Part shown: positions 47,712 to 57,417 of the stretch, in pieces | Numbering within the stretch: position 1 is the stretch's first letter | Layout of the letters: each line of letters begins with the position of its first letter | Source of the DNA: an uncultured Bacillota bacterium | GTDB lineage: Bacteria; Bacillota; Clostridia; Christensenellales; QAND01 | Direction of reading: 5' to 3' | Assembly: GCA_905208455.1 (NCBI GenBank) | Contig: CAJLPK010000001.1 | Coordinates: 72-64,071 of the forward strand | DNA: 64,000 nucleotides | The notes under the pieces: generated by a model | Database searches by the model: none | What the model saw: only the letters and a program-made list of their open reading frames with translations | Told to the model about the DNA's origin: nothing | Translations under genes and position numbers: made by a program

Positions 47712-48511
47712 AGGTAGGGCTGTCCACTTCCTGCTATTTTACAAAAGTAAATACAGAGGATACGCTGCCGCTGATCCGGAGTTTAGGGGCCGACCGTTTT
47801 GAGGCATTTTTAGGCGGCATGTATGAATATCAAGAGGATTTTGCGGCCTTGATGGCAAAACGGAAAGATGACCTGGGACTTCTTTGTACTACAATCCATA
47901 CATTGGGCAGCCAGTTTGAGCCGCAGTTATTTGCAGGCCATCCGCGCCAGCAGCAAGCGGCCTTGGATGTATTTGAGATGGCCTTGGTATGCGCAAGCAT
48001 CCTAGGCGCTCGGTATTATGTGATGCACGGCTCGCTTTTCCTAAAGAAAAAAATGGGGCGTCCCAATTTCCAATATATCGGGGAGAGATTCCAAAGCCTG
48101 TGTGAACTGGCGGACTCCTACGGGATACGGCTTACGCTGGAAAATGTGCATTGGTGCCAATACCATGAGGTGGGATATGCCAGGGCATTGCAGCCTTTTT
48201 TGGGGGATTGCTCGCTGGGGTATACGCTGGATATCAAGCAGGCGGCCCAATCCGGGTATCCCATGGAGGGGTATATGCAGGAAATGGGAGAGCGTCTCTG
48301 CAATATCCACCTTTGCGATATTACAGAGAAGGAAGGGATGGTCTATACCTCCTTGCCGGGACAGGGGCGCTTTGATTTTGCGCATTTGGCGGCGATATTG
48401 CGTGATAAAAATTTCAATGGCGCGGTGACAATGGAGGTCTATCCGGATGATTGGGCGGAGGAGAGCGAGCTTAGGCGTTCTTTTGCTTTTCTTCGTGATT
48501 TGTTTGACTAA
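47708..48511 (+). CDS. Sugar phosphate isomerase/epimerase (xylose-isomerase-like TIM barrel)
   Basis: 267 aa. AP-endonuclease-2/TIM-barrel pattern (GADRFEAFLGG…, YYVMHGS…, TLENVH). Confidence 0.65.
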   Translation: MKVGLSTSCYFTKVNTEDTLPLIRSLGADRFEAFLGGMYEYQEDFAALMAKRKDDLGLLCTTIHTLGSQFEPQLFAGHPRQQQAALDVFEMALVCASILGARYYVMHGSLFLKKKMGRPNFQYIGERFQSLCELADSYGIRLTLENVHWCQYHEVGYARALQPFLGDCSLGYTLDIKQAAQSGYPMEGYMQEMGERLCNIHLCDITEKEGMVYTSLPGQGRFDFAHLAAILRDKNFNGAVTMEVYPDDWAEESELRRSFAFLRDLFD

Positions 48512-48583
48512 AAATAAACAAATTTGCCCAGAAAAGGACGGGCATGGTATAATAACCGCAATTCAAAAAGGAGGTACCAAACG

Positions 48584-49999
48584 ATGGTACGATATGAAGA
48601 TCCGGCTTTCCAAGCCTCTATGAAAATCAAATTGGATGTTTCCAATATGATGGAAGAGATTCTGGGAGAAAAGGGATTTCGGGCTGAGCAGCTTCAGGCG
48701 CCGATTTTTGCACAGGCCGCCAAGCAGATGACAGCACAGAAAGAGCAAATGGGGTTCCGCCAGCTTCCGTATACGGACCCGGCGCTGTTGGATGAGATTT
48801 TGGATACGGCGGCGGAGATCCGTAAAAAGTTCGATGCATTTGTCGTATTGGGCATTGGCGGCAGCGCGTTGGGGCCGATTGCCGTACAGCAGGCGCTAAA
48901 CCATATGCGCTATAATGAACTGCCCGCGGAAAAACGGGGCGGCCCGCGTTTTTATGTAGAGGATAACATTGACCCTGCTCGCATGGATGCGCTGTTTGAT
49001 GTGATCGATATAAAGAAAACATGCTTTAACGTCATTACAAAATCCGGCAGCACCAGCGAAACCATGGCGCAGTTTTTGATCATTGCGGATAAGCTGAAAA
49101 AAGCGGGCGTACCGCTTAAGGACAACATGATTGCAACCACGGATCGGGCAAAGGGCAATCTCATTAAGATTGCACAGCAGGAGGGGCTCAAAACCTTTGT
49201 GATTCCCGATGGTGTAGGCGGCCGGTTCTCTGAGATGACGCCGGTAGGCTTGTTGGGGGCGGCTGTCTGCGGCATCGACATTAAAGAGATGATCGCGGGC
49301 GCGCGCTATATGGATGGCTTGCTGCAAAGTGAAAACGTAATGGAGAACATGGCGTATTTGGATGGCGCATTGCAGTACCTGTGTATGGAAAACGGCATCA
49401 ATGTATCGGTGATGATGCCGTATGCGGATACGCTCAAGTATATGTCCGATTGGTATGCGCAGCTTTGGGCAGAGTCGCTCGGCAAAAACGTTACCCGGGA
49501 CGGCAAGCCGGTGCATGTAGGCCAAACGCCGGTAAAATCTCTGGGCGTAACGGATCAGCATTCTCAGGTGCAGCTGTATACGGAAGGCCCGTTCGATAAG
49601 GTCGTGACCTTCTTGGCTGTGGAGGATTACGGCACGACGGTAGAGATTCCGCATGGATATGAGAATATTCCCGATGTTTCGTTTTTGGGCGGACATTCGA
49701 TGAATGAGCTCATCAGCGCCGAGCAGTTTGCTACGGCCTATGCGCTGAACCGTGCCGGAAGGCTGAATAAAACCTTCACCCTGCCGGCAGTCAATGCGTT
49801 TACCATTGGCCAGCTGCTGTATGTGCTGGAGGTGGAGACAGCTTATCTTGGCGAATTGTATAATATCAATGCCTTTGACCAGCCAGGCGTAGAGGAGGGT
49901 AAAAACGCCGCTTATGCGTTGCTGGGCAAGCAGGGCTACGATGAAAAGCGCAGGGAAATGGACGGCGCGCCGAAGCCTGTTGCAAAATACATTTTATAA
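48584..49999 (+). CDS. pgi: Glucose-6-phosphate isomerase
   Basis: 471 aa, compact clostridial-type PGI (…VVLGIGGSALGP…, SKSGSTSET, GGRFS…). ATG 48584 follows RBS AAGGAGG. Confidence 0.9.
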   Translation: MVRYEDPAFQASMKIKLDVSNMMEEILGEKGFRAEQLQAPIFAQAAKQMTAQKEQMGFRQLPYTDPALLDEILDTAAEIRKKFDAFVVLGIGGSALGPIAVQQALNHMRYNELPAEKRGGPRFYVEDNIDPARMDALFDVIDIKKTCFNVITKSGSTSETMAQFLIIADKLKKAGVPLKDNMIATTDRAKGNLIKIAQQEGLKTFVIPDGVGGRFSEMTPVGLLGAAVCGIDIKEMIAGARYMDGLLQSENVMENMAYLDGALQYLCMENGINVSVMMPYADTLKYMSDWYAQLWAESLGKNVTRDGKPVHVGQTPVKSLGVTDQHSQVQLYTEGPFDKVVTFLAVEDYGTTVEIPHGYENIPDVSFLGGHSMNELISAEQFATAYALNRAGRLNKTFTLPAVNAFTIGQLLYVLEVETAYLGELYNINAFDQPGVEEGKNAAYALLGKQGYDEKRREMDGAPKPVAKYIL

Positions 50000-50004
50000 A
50001 GATG

Positions 50005-50034
50005 AAAGGGCCCCTCCGAAAGGGGCCTTTTTTA
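50005..50034 (+). terminator. Rho-independent terminator
   Basis: Hairpin gggcccctcc-gaa-aggggcc followed by tttttt. Confidence 0.85.
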
Positions 50035-50093
50035 CAAAGAGCATGAGAGATAGAAGCGATGCAGAAGCAGGCGTTTACGCCTGGAGATAAAAT

Positions 50094-50564
50094 TTGGAAG
50101 GAGAGGAAGAAAAAGTGATTATGCTGCGGCCTGTGACAAAAGAGAATTATGAGGTTTGCTGTAAATTGCACGTAGCGAAAGAGCAGGAGGCATATGTGGC
50201 GCCCAATGTTTTTTCATTGACGCAAAGCAAATATTTGCCGGAGCGTATACCAGTGGCCATCTATTGGGATGAGACGATGATCGGATTCGGCCTCTACGGA
50301 ATAGATACTGGCCGAAATGAAAACTGGATCTTCCGTTTTATGCTTGGGAATCAGTACCAGGGCAGAGGATGGGGGAAACAAGCCTTTGCAGCTTTTTTGG
50401 ACATGGTTTCTGCAAGGGCGGGGTATGATGCTGTGTATTTGAGCGTAAACTTAGAAAACAAAACGGCGCAGCACATGTACCGTTCCTTCGGGTTTGAAGA
50501 CACGGGGAAAATGGCCTGTCCGGAAGAAAAAATCATGAAGAAAATGGTGGATGCTAAAAAATAA
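50094..50564 (+). CDS. GNAT-family N-acetyltransferase
   Basis: Acetyl-CoA binding motif QGRGWGKQAF. About 150 aa. Confidence 0.75.
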   Translation: MEGEEEKVIMLRPVTKENYEVCCKLHVAKEQEAYVAPNVFSLTQSKYLPERIPVAIYWDETMIGFGLYGIDTGRNENWIFRFMLGNQYQGRGWGKQAFAAFLDMVSARAGYDAVYLSVNLENKTAQHMYRSFGFEDTGKMACPEEKIMKKMVDAKK

Positions 50565-50648
50565 CAGGATACGATGCATGGAATTTACAATGCGAAGGGG
50601 AAGACTATGATATAATGGTGCTACCCAAAGAGAAAGGTGGGCGGAACC

Positions 50649-51131
50649 ATGACACTGATAGATTGGATTGCATTGGGCGTCATGCTTTTGGGTGTGATCC
50701 TGTTAGTTATAGAGGTCTATGCGCCGGGATTTGGCCTGCCAGGCTTGGCAGGGCTGCTGTTTTGTGCAGCGGGGATTGCCATGTTTGCCAACACCTGGGC
50801 ACAAGCAGCCATTGCATTCAGCATTATCGCGGCCATTGTGGCGGCTGCGTTTGGATTTACCCTGTACTCCGCTTCAAAGGGACGGCTTTCAAGATCCAAG
50901 CTGATTTTGAACGATGCGGTCACGGAAAAGGCCGGGTATGCCGATTTTGATGCATTGGAAGACTGGGTCGGGAAGCAAGGCATTGCAATCTCGCCTCTGC
51001 GCCCGGCGGGCGTTGCGGAAATTGAGGGGAAGAGATTGGATGTTGTGACCCGCGGTGAGTTTTTGGCAGAGGGAGAGGCCGTGCGTATCGCACAGGTGCA
51101 GGGACGGCAAATCATTGTTTGCCATGTATAA
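50649..51131 (+). CDS. NfeD-family membrane protein (short form, OB-fold C-terminus)
   Basis: Three TM helices then a beta-rich C-terminus (…AEIEGKRLDVVTRGEFLAEGEAVRIAQVQGRQIIV). Immediately upstream of the flotillin gene. Confidence 0.75.
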   Translation: MTLIDWIALGVMLLGVILLVIEVYAPGFGLPGLAGLLFCAAGIAMFANTWAQAAIAFSIIAAIVAAAFGFTLYSASKGRLSRSKLILNDAVTEKAGYADFDALEDWVGKQGIAISPLRPAGVAEIEGKRLDVVTRGEFLAEGEAVRIAQVQGRQIIVCHV

Positions 51132-51152
51132 ACACAAGAAAGGGAAGAGGAT

Positions 51153-52148
51153 ATGTATTTAGAGGATATGATTGGGCCGATTTTAATTGGGGCGGCTGTT
51201 TTGGTTGTCTTGATCTTGTTTTTTACATTTGTTCCTTTGCGCCTATATATCAGCGCATTGGCGGCAGGCGTAAAGGTCAATATTTTCACACTGGTGGGCA
51301 TGAAGCTGAGAAATGTAAAGCCTGCCCGTATCATCCTGCCTATGATAAAGGCGACCAAAGCGGGCCTGGATGTGACCATCAATATGCTGGAAACGCATTA
51401 TTTGGCAGGCGGCAATGTAGATAAGGTGATCGATGCGCTCATCGCGGCACAAAGGGCGAATATCCCGTTGGAGTTCGGCAAGGCACAGGCCATTGATTTG
51501 GCTGGCCGTGATGTGCTGCAGGCAGTGCAGATGTCTGTGAACCCTAAGGTGATAGAAACACCGATTGTAGCCGCCATTGCAAAAGATGGCATTGAGCTGA
51601 GGGCCAAAGCGCGCGTGACGGTGCGAGCCAATATCGATAGGCTTGTCGGCGGCGCCGGGGAGGAGACAGTCATTGCCCGTGTGGGCGAGGGGATCGTTAC
51701 CACGGTAGGCTCATCCGACTCCCACAAAGCGGTGTTGGAAAATCCCGACCTCATTTCCCGTACCGTTTTGAATAAAGGGCTGGATGCTGGGACTGCGTTT
51801 GAGATTTTATCCATTGATATCGCGGATGTGGATGTAGGGCGCAACGTAGGCGCACAGCTGCAGATGGACCAGGCAGAAGCAGACCGCCGCATTGCGCAGG
51901 CAAAGGCAGAGGAACGCCGGGCCATGGCTGTGGCAAGGGAACAGGAAATGAAAGCATCTGTACAGGAAATGCGCGCAAAGGTCGTAGAGGCAGAGGCCGA
52001 TGTGCCTAAGGCGATGGCACAGGCGCTGCGGGAAGGCAAGCTGGGCGTGATGGATTATTATCAGATGCAGAATGTCATATCTGACACAGAGATGCGCCAG
52101 TCCATTGCGGAGGCAGGCAAGGACGACACGCCAGGCGTGGAGAAATGA
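51153..52148 (+). CDS. floA: Flotillin-like protein FloA (SPFH/band-7 domain)
   Basis: 331 aa. N-terminal TM helix followed by an SPFH domain, matching the B. subtilis YqfA/FloA family and size. Confidence 0.85.
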   Translation: MYLEDMIGPILIGAAVLVVLILFFTFVPLRLYISALAAGVKVNIFTLVGMKLRNVKPARIILPMIKATKAGLDVTINMLETHYLAGGNVDKVIDALIAAQRANIPLEFGKAQAIDLAGRDVLQAVQMSVNPKVIETPIVAAIAKDGIELRAKARVTVRANIDRLVGGAGEETVIARVGEGIVTTVGSSDSHKAVLENPDLISRTVLNKGLDAGTAFEILSIDIADVDVGRNVGAQLQMDQAEADRRIAQAKAEERRAMAVAREQEMKASVQEMRAKVVEAEADVPKAMAQALREGKLGVMDYYQMQNVISDTEMRQSIAEAGKDDTPGVEK

Positions 52149-52151
52149 TCC

Positions 52152-52658
52152 ATGGAAGCACTCATCGTTTTGTTTTTCTTGTTTTTGATTCCCAGCCTGG
52201 GGAACGGAAAGAAGAAAGCACAACAAAAACGCGAAGCGGAGCAGAGAGTGTTCCGTCAAATGCAGGAGGAGCTTGAGCGCGAGCAGGCGGAAGAGGCGCG
52301 GCGTATGAGCGCGGGGGAAGGCGAGCAGAGACGGACGGAAATGGAAAGAGAGACTGCTCGCCGCGCAGCGCAGACAGAGGCGCGCCAAGCAAGCGAGCCT
52401 GGGCTTTACCAGCAAGTTGCTTTTGCACATGCTGTGGAAGAGAGCTCCGCCTGCACAGCGGATTGGCAGGAAGAGGTGCGCTTGCATACAAGCCGGCAGC
52501 CTGCCGGAAACAGTGCGCAGGAAGAGAGCCCGCAAAAACCAAAGCGGCGCAATCCATATGCAGCATTGTTCACCCCAGAGGGCGTGCGAAACGGTATGAT
52601 CCTATCAGAGGTGCTGGGTGTGCGGGGCGGCCGGTTTGGAAAACGTATAGGGAGATGA
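52152..52658 (+). CDS. YqfB-like charged/coiled-coil protein (third gene of the nfeD–floA operon)
   Basis: N-terminal TM helix. E/R/Q-rich segment. Conserved position as in B. subtilis yqeZ–yqfA–yqfB. Confidence 0.45.
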   Translation: MEALIVLFFLFLIPSLGNGKKKAQQKREAEQRVFRQMQEELEREQAEEARRMSAGEGEQRRTEMERETARRAAQTEARQASEPGLYQQVAFAHAVEESSACTADWQEEVRLHTSRQPAGNSAQEESPQKPKRRNPYAALFTPEGVRNGMILSEVLGVRGGRFGKRIGR

Positions 52659-52666
52659 AAAGGAAA

Positions 52667-52700
52667 AGGCCCGGTGAGCATGCCGGGTCTTTTCTTGCTT
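52667..52700 (+). terminator. Rho-independent terminator
   Basis: Hairpin aaaggcccggtgagcatgccgggtc followed by ttttctt. Confidence 0.7.
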
Positions 52701-52769
52701 AGAGAGAGGGACAAAAAGTAGGCAAACTCCGTAAAATATGATATGATGCTTGAAATTAGGAGGCCCAAA

Positions 52770-53402
52770 ATGGCAATTACGGAGATTCGGCCAGTGGTAT
52801 GTATGGCATGTGGACATAAACAGAGCGTGCTCGACGTACGTCAGATCAATGTGCAGAAAAGACCGGAGATCAAACAAAAAATCTTACAAGGGTCGCTGTT
52901 TCCCATGTATTGCCATGCATGCGGAGCAGTGTTGGAAAAGGCACAGAATTGCTTGTATATCGATCCTGCCATCCCCTTGCTGCTGGAGCTGGCAGCGCCG
53001 GGGGAGCCCTGCCGTCTGCAGGAGGTGCAGAGCGGGCTGGGAGATACAGGAGCCATCATCCGAGTAGTGCGTACGCCGGAGGATATGGCGGAAAAATTGC
53101 GCATTTTTGATTGCGGAATGGACGATCGTGTTGTAGAGATCATCCGCCTATTGATGGTTACGCAGCTGACAGAACAGGATCCGGGGTTGATGGAGGGCAG
53201 CCCGATGTTTACTGCGGCGCAGGGAGAGCCAAAGCTGTCCTGTTTGTGCCGTGACGGCAGTGAGCGAGTATGCCCGATCCCCCAAAAATTGCACCGTGAT
53301 ATCCAGTCGCAGTATCTGGCGGGCAAGGAAGACAGGGATACATTGATCGTGGATAGCGCCTGGGTCTACCGGCTTTTATTGTCACAGAAGGGAAGGGGAT
53401 AG
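52770..53402 (+). CDS. CpXC-domain zinc-ribbon protein (paralog 1)
   Basis: N-terminal C..C…C..C ribbon (CMACGHK…CHACG). Shares conserved motif VRTPEDMAEKLRIFDCGMDDRVVEI with its neighbour. Confidence 0.55.
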   Translation: MAITEIRPVVCMACGHKQSVLDVRQINVQKRPEIKQKILQGSLFPMYCHACGAVLEKAQNCLYIDPAIPLLLELAAPGEPCRLQEVQSGLGDTGAIIRVVRTPEDMAEKLRIFDCGMDDRVVEIIRLLMVTQLTEQDPGLMEGSPMFTAAQGEPKLSCLCRDGSERVCPIPQKLHRDIQSQYLAGKEDRDTLIVDSAWVYRLLLSQKGRG

Positions 53403-53407
53403 CAGCC

Positions 53408-54031
53408 ATGCAAGCAAAGGAGGAAATGGGGATTCGGTGTCCCCATTGCGGCCGCGTGCAAAAGGTGACACGCTGGCGATTGGTGAATTTGGAAGCAGAG
53501 CCGTTGGCAAAGCTGAGAGCGTTCAAGGGCACCCTATTTAGGGCGCCCTGCGAAGCGTGCGGAAAGACAATGCAGTTTCAATACCCTTGTGTGTTTTTGG
53601 ATGAGACGCATCGTGCCTTGCTATATCTTTGCACAGAAGAGAATGAGCAGGATACACAGACGCTTTCTGCGATTCCGCCGCAGGAAGGATATAAGTTAAG
53701 ATTGGTGCGTACACCGGAAGATCTGTCGGAAAAATTACAAATTTTGGAATGTGGCTTGGAAGATACCGTCATAGAATTGGTAAAGGTATTTTATTTCATG
53801 CAATTCCATACCCAATATCCGGAAGAGACCGTGGTGAGCGCTTTATTTTCAGAGCAGCCTTCAAAATGCATCCGTATGGTTTGCCGGAGCGGACAGGTAT
53901 ACGAGATCCCCTTGCAGAAGGATTATTACAAAAAGGTACAAGCGCAATACCAAGAACGAATCTGGAAGCGCTGCGGACAGGGAATGCAGTGTATTGACGC
54001 GGCTTGGGCCAGCGGGGTGTTGGAGCTATAA
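53408..54031 (+). CDS. CpXC-domain zinc-ribbon protein (paralog 2)
   Basis: CPHCGRV…CEACGK ribbon. Motif VRTPEDLSEKLQILECGLEDTVIEL is paralogous to the upstream gene. Confidence 0.55.
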   Translation: MQAKEEMGIRCPHCGRVQKVTRWRLVNLEAEPLAKLRAFKGTLFRAPCEACGKTMQFQYPCVFLDETHRALLYLCTEENEQDTQTLSAIPPQEGYKLRLVRTPEDLSEKLQILECGLEDTVIELVKVFYFMQFHTQYPEETVVSALFSEQPSKCIRMVCRSGQVYEIPLQKDYYKKVQAQYQERIWKRCGQGMQCIDAAWASGVLEL

Positions 54032-54032
54032 G

Positions 54033-54854
54033 ATGAAAATCATAGATGCACATTTACATTTTTGGCCGGGAGAACCATACTTTGATGAGATAGCGCTGGC
54101 AGCAGGACATAAAAATACAGAGACCCATCTCTATGAACAATACCAGACGTGTGAAATTGCAATGGGGATTGTAATGGGCAACGATACGCTGGAAAAAGAA
54201 CGCCACCGTTATCCGTCTTTTTTGCGGTATTGTATTGGCCTGGACAGCAATTTTACTGCGCAGCATGACCTGCAAAGCACCGTGGATCAGGTGGAATGGC
54301 ATTTACAGCAATCAAGCTGTGTTGGTATCAAGCTGTACCCGGGTTATTGCACTGGTTACGTATCGGACAAGCAGTACCGACCGTATTATGAATTGGCGCG
54401 CCGTTATCGAAAGCCGGTAGCGATCCATACCGGGGCCACAGCGGGGGCAGAGGCCTGCTTGAAATACAGCCATCCGCTAACCGTAGACGAGATTGCAGCG
54501 GAGTATTCTGATGTGCAGTTTGTGCTGTGCCATTTTGGCAGCCCATGGGTACAGGATGCTGCTGCCGTGATGGCAAAAAATGAAAACGTGGCGGCGGATC
54601 TATCTGGCCTATTGGAGGGGTGCCCGGATTTGGAGCGCCTTTGGGAGGAACAGAGCGCCTTTTTTGCCTATACGAAAATGTGGATGACCTATTTAGGGCA
54701 GTATGACCGATTGATGTTTGGAACGGACTGGCCGCTGGTGAATTTACCGCTGTACATTCGGTTTATACAGAAAATGGTACCAGAATACGCATGGGAAAAG
54801 GTGTTTTTTGATAATGCCAACCGAATCTACCAACTGCATCTGGAGAAAATATGA
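54033..54854 (+). CDS. Amidohydrolase-2 family metal-dependent hydrolase (TIM barrel)
   Basis: N-terminal IIDAHLHFW metal-binding motif. Also …HTG… and FGTDWP. 273 aa. Confidence 0.7.
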   Translation: MKIIDAHLHFWPGEPYFDEIALAAGHKNTETHLYEQYQTCEIAMGIVMGNDTLEKERHRYPSFLRYCIGLDSNFTAQHDLQSTVDQVEWHLQQSSCVGIKLYPGYCTGYVSDKQYRPYYELARRYRKPVAIHTGATAGAEACLKYSHPLTVDEIAAEYSDVQFVLCHFGSPWVQDAAAVMAKNENVAADLSGLLEGCPDLERLWEEQSAFFAYTKMWMTYLGQYDRLMFGTDWPLVNLPLYIRFIQKMVPEYAWEKVFFDNANRIYQLHLEKI

Positions 54855-54886
54855 AGCGCATCACAGCGGAAGATACGATGGTAAGT

Positions 54887-54932
54887 AAGGCGCATTGCCT
54901 GCAGAATGCAGGGGGTGCGCTTTTTTACGGGA
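54887..54932 (+). terminator. Rho-independent terminator
   Basis: Hairpin gcgcattgcctgcag-aat-gcagggggtgcgc followed by ttttttac. Confidence 0.7.
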
Positions 54933-55200
54933 TTATTTTGCAAGAAAAATGAAGGATTTTATAAAATAATAGGAAATCTCTTGACAAAACAAGAAAGAAA
55001 CGCAAGAATGTAGTTAGTATTGACTAATCAAAGTAAAAGATGTGTATTTCCCTTTGAAGAGGCTTATTGTGCCAAGATACAGGATGAGATCCGCGGGCTG
55101 CCCTAAACTGTTAAAATCAAAACAAAGGCGTACATGGTAGAGATAAAGCAAGGGTAAGCTTTCATAGAAGATAAAAGCACGGCCAGGAACCTAGCTTTTT

Positions 55201-55229
55201 TTGACATGTATATCATAAAGACTTATAAT
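55201..55229 (+). promoter_or_regulatory. Consensus sigma-70 promoter TTGACA-N17-TATAAT
   Basis: Exact -35 TTGACA (55201-55206), a 17-nt spacer, and exact -10 TATAAT (55224-55229), all read directly. Confidence 0.6.
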
Positions 55230-55245
55230 ATTACATAGATAAATT

Positions 55246-55266
55246 TTATGTTACGTTGTAACATAA
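55246..55266. promoter_or_regulatory. Perfect 9-3-9 inverted repeat TTATGTTAC-gtt-GTAACATAA, between the promoter and the RBS of the DUF362 gene (candidate operator)
   Basis: Read directly. Lies about +17 to +37 relative to the -10 element. Confidence 0.4.
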
Positions 55267-55287
55267 ATACGCGGTAAGGAGCGATGT

Positions 55288-56157
55288 ATGATGGATAAGG
55301 CGAAAGTATTTTTCACAAAAGAGATTACGCCGGAAGCAATGATCAAAATGTACAAGGCATTGGGCGTAGAGCTGCCGGGAAAAGTGGCTGTCAAGGTCCA
55401 TTCCGGAGAGGTTGGAAATCAGAATTTTATCCGTCCTGCCTTTATGAAGCCCATGGTGGATCATGTAAAAGGCACCATTGTAGAATGCAATGCGGCCTAT
55501 GAAGGAAAACGCGATACCACAAAGGCGCATTGGGAAACAATGAAGCTGCACGGATGGACGGACATTGCGCCGGTGGATATTATGGATGAAGAGGGAGAAA
55601 TGGAGCTGCCTGTGCCCGAGGGAAAGCGTATTCAGGTCAATTATGTAGGCTCGCATTTGGCCAAGTACGATTCCATGCTGGTATTATCGCATTTTAAGGG
55701 ACATCCGATGGGCGGTTTTGGCGGCGCGCTGAAGAATATCTCGATTGGCATCGCATCTTCTCATGGCAAAGCATACATCCACGGCTCAGGAAAGCCGGAG
55801 GAGATTTGGACGGGGGATCATGATTCTTTCCTGGAAAGTATGGCGGATGCAGACAAATCCATTATGAAGCATTTTGGCGATAAAATTGCTTTTATCAATG
55901 TGATGCGGAACATGTCGGTAGACTGTGACTGCGTTGCAGAAGCGGCGGATCCCTGTATGAAGGATATTGGGATTTTGGCATCCCTGGATCCTGTGGCGTT
56001 GGATCAGGCCTGCATTGATTTGGTCTATCAGGCTGATGATGAAGGCAAAGCAGAATTGATTGAACGCATCGAATCCCGGAACGGTACGCTCACCATTAAA
56101 GCTGCCGAGGCGGTAGGCGTCGGCACAAGGCAGTATGAATTGGTGAAGGTAGACTGA
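55288..56157 (+). CDS. DUF362-domain protein (putative Fe-S protein)
   Basis: 289 aa. Conserved C..CDC cysteine cluster (SVDCDCVAEAADPC). RBS AGGAG sits 6 nt upstream of the ATG. Confidence 0.5.
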   Translation: MMDKAKVFFTKEITPEAMIKMYKALGVELPGKVAVKVHSGEVGNQNFIRPAFMKPMVDHVKGTIVECNAAYEGKRDTTKAHWETMKLHGWTDIAPVDIMDEEGEMELPVPEGKRIQVNYVGSHLAKYDSMLVLSHFKGHPMGGFGGALKNISIGIASSHGKAYIHGSGKPEEIWTGDHDSFLESMADADKSIMKHFGDKIAFINVMRNMSVDCDCVAEAADPCMKDIGILASLDPVALDQACIDLVYQADDEGKAELIERIESRNGTLTIKAAEAVGVGTRQYELVKVD

Positions 56158-56166
56158 TATAAGACA

Positions 56167-56201
56167 AAGAAAAGAGGTATGCATCTGCATACCTTTTTTT
56201 G
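56167..56201 (+). terminator. Rho-independent terminator
   Basis: Hairpin aggtatgcat-ctg-catacct followed by ttttttt. Confidence 0.8.
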
Positions 56202-56265
56202 ATTGCCTGCGCTAGGCATTTGCTTATAAATACGGTAAGATAGTCAGTGGCTAGGGAGGCAAAGG

Positions 56266-57417
56266 ATGAAACAGATCCATATTGGCACAATCATTGCGGA
56301 AAAGAGAAAACAAAAGGGCTTAACGCAGCAGGCGCTGGCCGAGCATGTGGGGATTTCCAAGCCTGCGGTATCCAAATGGGAAAGCGAGCAGAGCTATCCG
56401 GATATTGAGCTGCTGCCGGTACTGGCCTCTTTTTTTGATTGTACGGTAGATGAGCTGCTAGGATATGAGCCGCAGCTTTCCCGGGCAGAGGTGCAGGCGC
56501 TGTATGCAAAGCTATCGGCAGAATTTGTCAGCCAGCCATTTGAGAAGGTTTATCAAAAGAGCCGGGCGTTGTTAAAACAATATTTTTCCTGCTGGGTGCT
56601 CCAGTTTTACATGGCGCTCTTATGGATCAACCATGCAGATATTCAAAAGGACAAGCAAAAAACAAAGGAACTCTATTTTGAGGCGCTCGAGGTGCTCAAG
56701 CGAGTAGAAAAGGGGAGCAAGGATACCGTGCTTTCCAGACAAGCGTTGCAGCTGCAAGCCTTTTGCTATTTGGCAGCAGAGCAGCCTAAACAGGCGATAG
56801 AGCTGCTGGGGGATATTGTAGAAATGCCGATGCAGACAGAAATATTATTGGCAAAGGCGTATTTTGCGGAAGGAGACAGACAGCGCGTTCGGGAATTGCT
56901 CCAACAATATATGTATGAAAATCTGATGGGCATCTTGGATGCTTCGCCGGATCTATTGGCGGCGTATTTAGACGATCCAGAGAAGGCAGAAAACTTTTAT
57001 CATCGTATTTTGGCTTTAGGGCAGGCGCTGGGGGCGGATACGATGCATCCCAGTAAATTTATCCCCATCTACATGGTGGGATGCCAAATGTTTTTGCAAA
57101 CAGGAAAGCAGGATGAGGCGGCGGCAGCATTAGAACGGTATTTGGATCTGGCATGCTATGGAAGTGAGCTGGGGTGGCGTTTGCAGGGAAGTGATTTGTT
57201 TGATTGCCTGGAACCATACTTTCATTCCAGGTTGTTAGGGAATTTTGCTCCGCGGGATGGACGCTTTATTGAGCATATATTGATTGATTACGTGGAAGGT
57301 ACGCCTATGCTGGCAGCATTATGCAAGAGACCGGCCATCCAGGCCAAACTGGCGCGATTGAAGAAATTCCAGGAGCATGAAGTGCCGGAGTGCGAAAGGG
57401 AGACAGAGACGCAATAG
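56266..57417 (+). CDS. XRE-family HTH regulator with C-terminal TPR-like helical domain (RNPP/Rgg-like architecture)
   Basis: N-terminal HTH IAEKRKQKGLTQQALAEHVGISKPAVSKWE. Long alpha-helical repeat C-terminus. 383 aa. Confidence 0.7.
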   Translation: MKQIHIGTIIAEKRKQKGLTQQALAEHVGISKPAVSKWESEQSYPDIELLPVLASFFDCTVDELLGYEPQLSRAEVQALYAKLSAEFVSQPFEKVYQKSRALLKQYFSCWVLQFYMALLWINHADIQKDKQKTKELYFEALEVLKRVEKGSKDTVLSRQALQLQAFCYLAAEQPKQAIELLGDIVEMPMQTEILLAKAYFAEGDRQRVRELLQQYMYENLMGILDASPDLLAAYLDDPEKAENFYHRILALGQALGADTMHPSKFIPIYMVGCQMFLQTGKQDEAAAALERYLDLACYGSELGWRLQGSDLFDCLEPYFHSRLLGNFAPRDGRFIEHILIDYVEGTPMLAALCKRPAIQAKLARLKKFQEHEVPECERETETQ

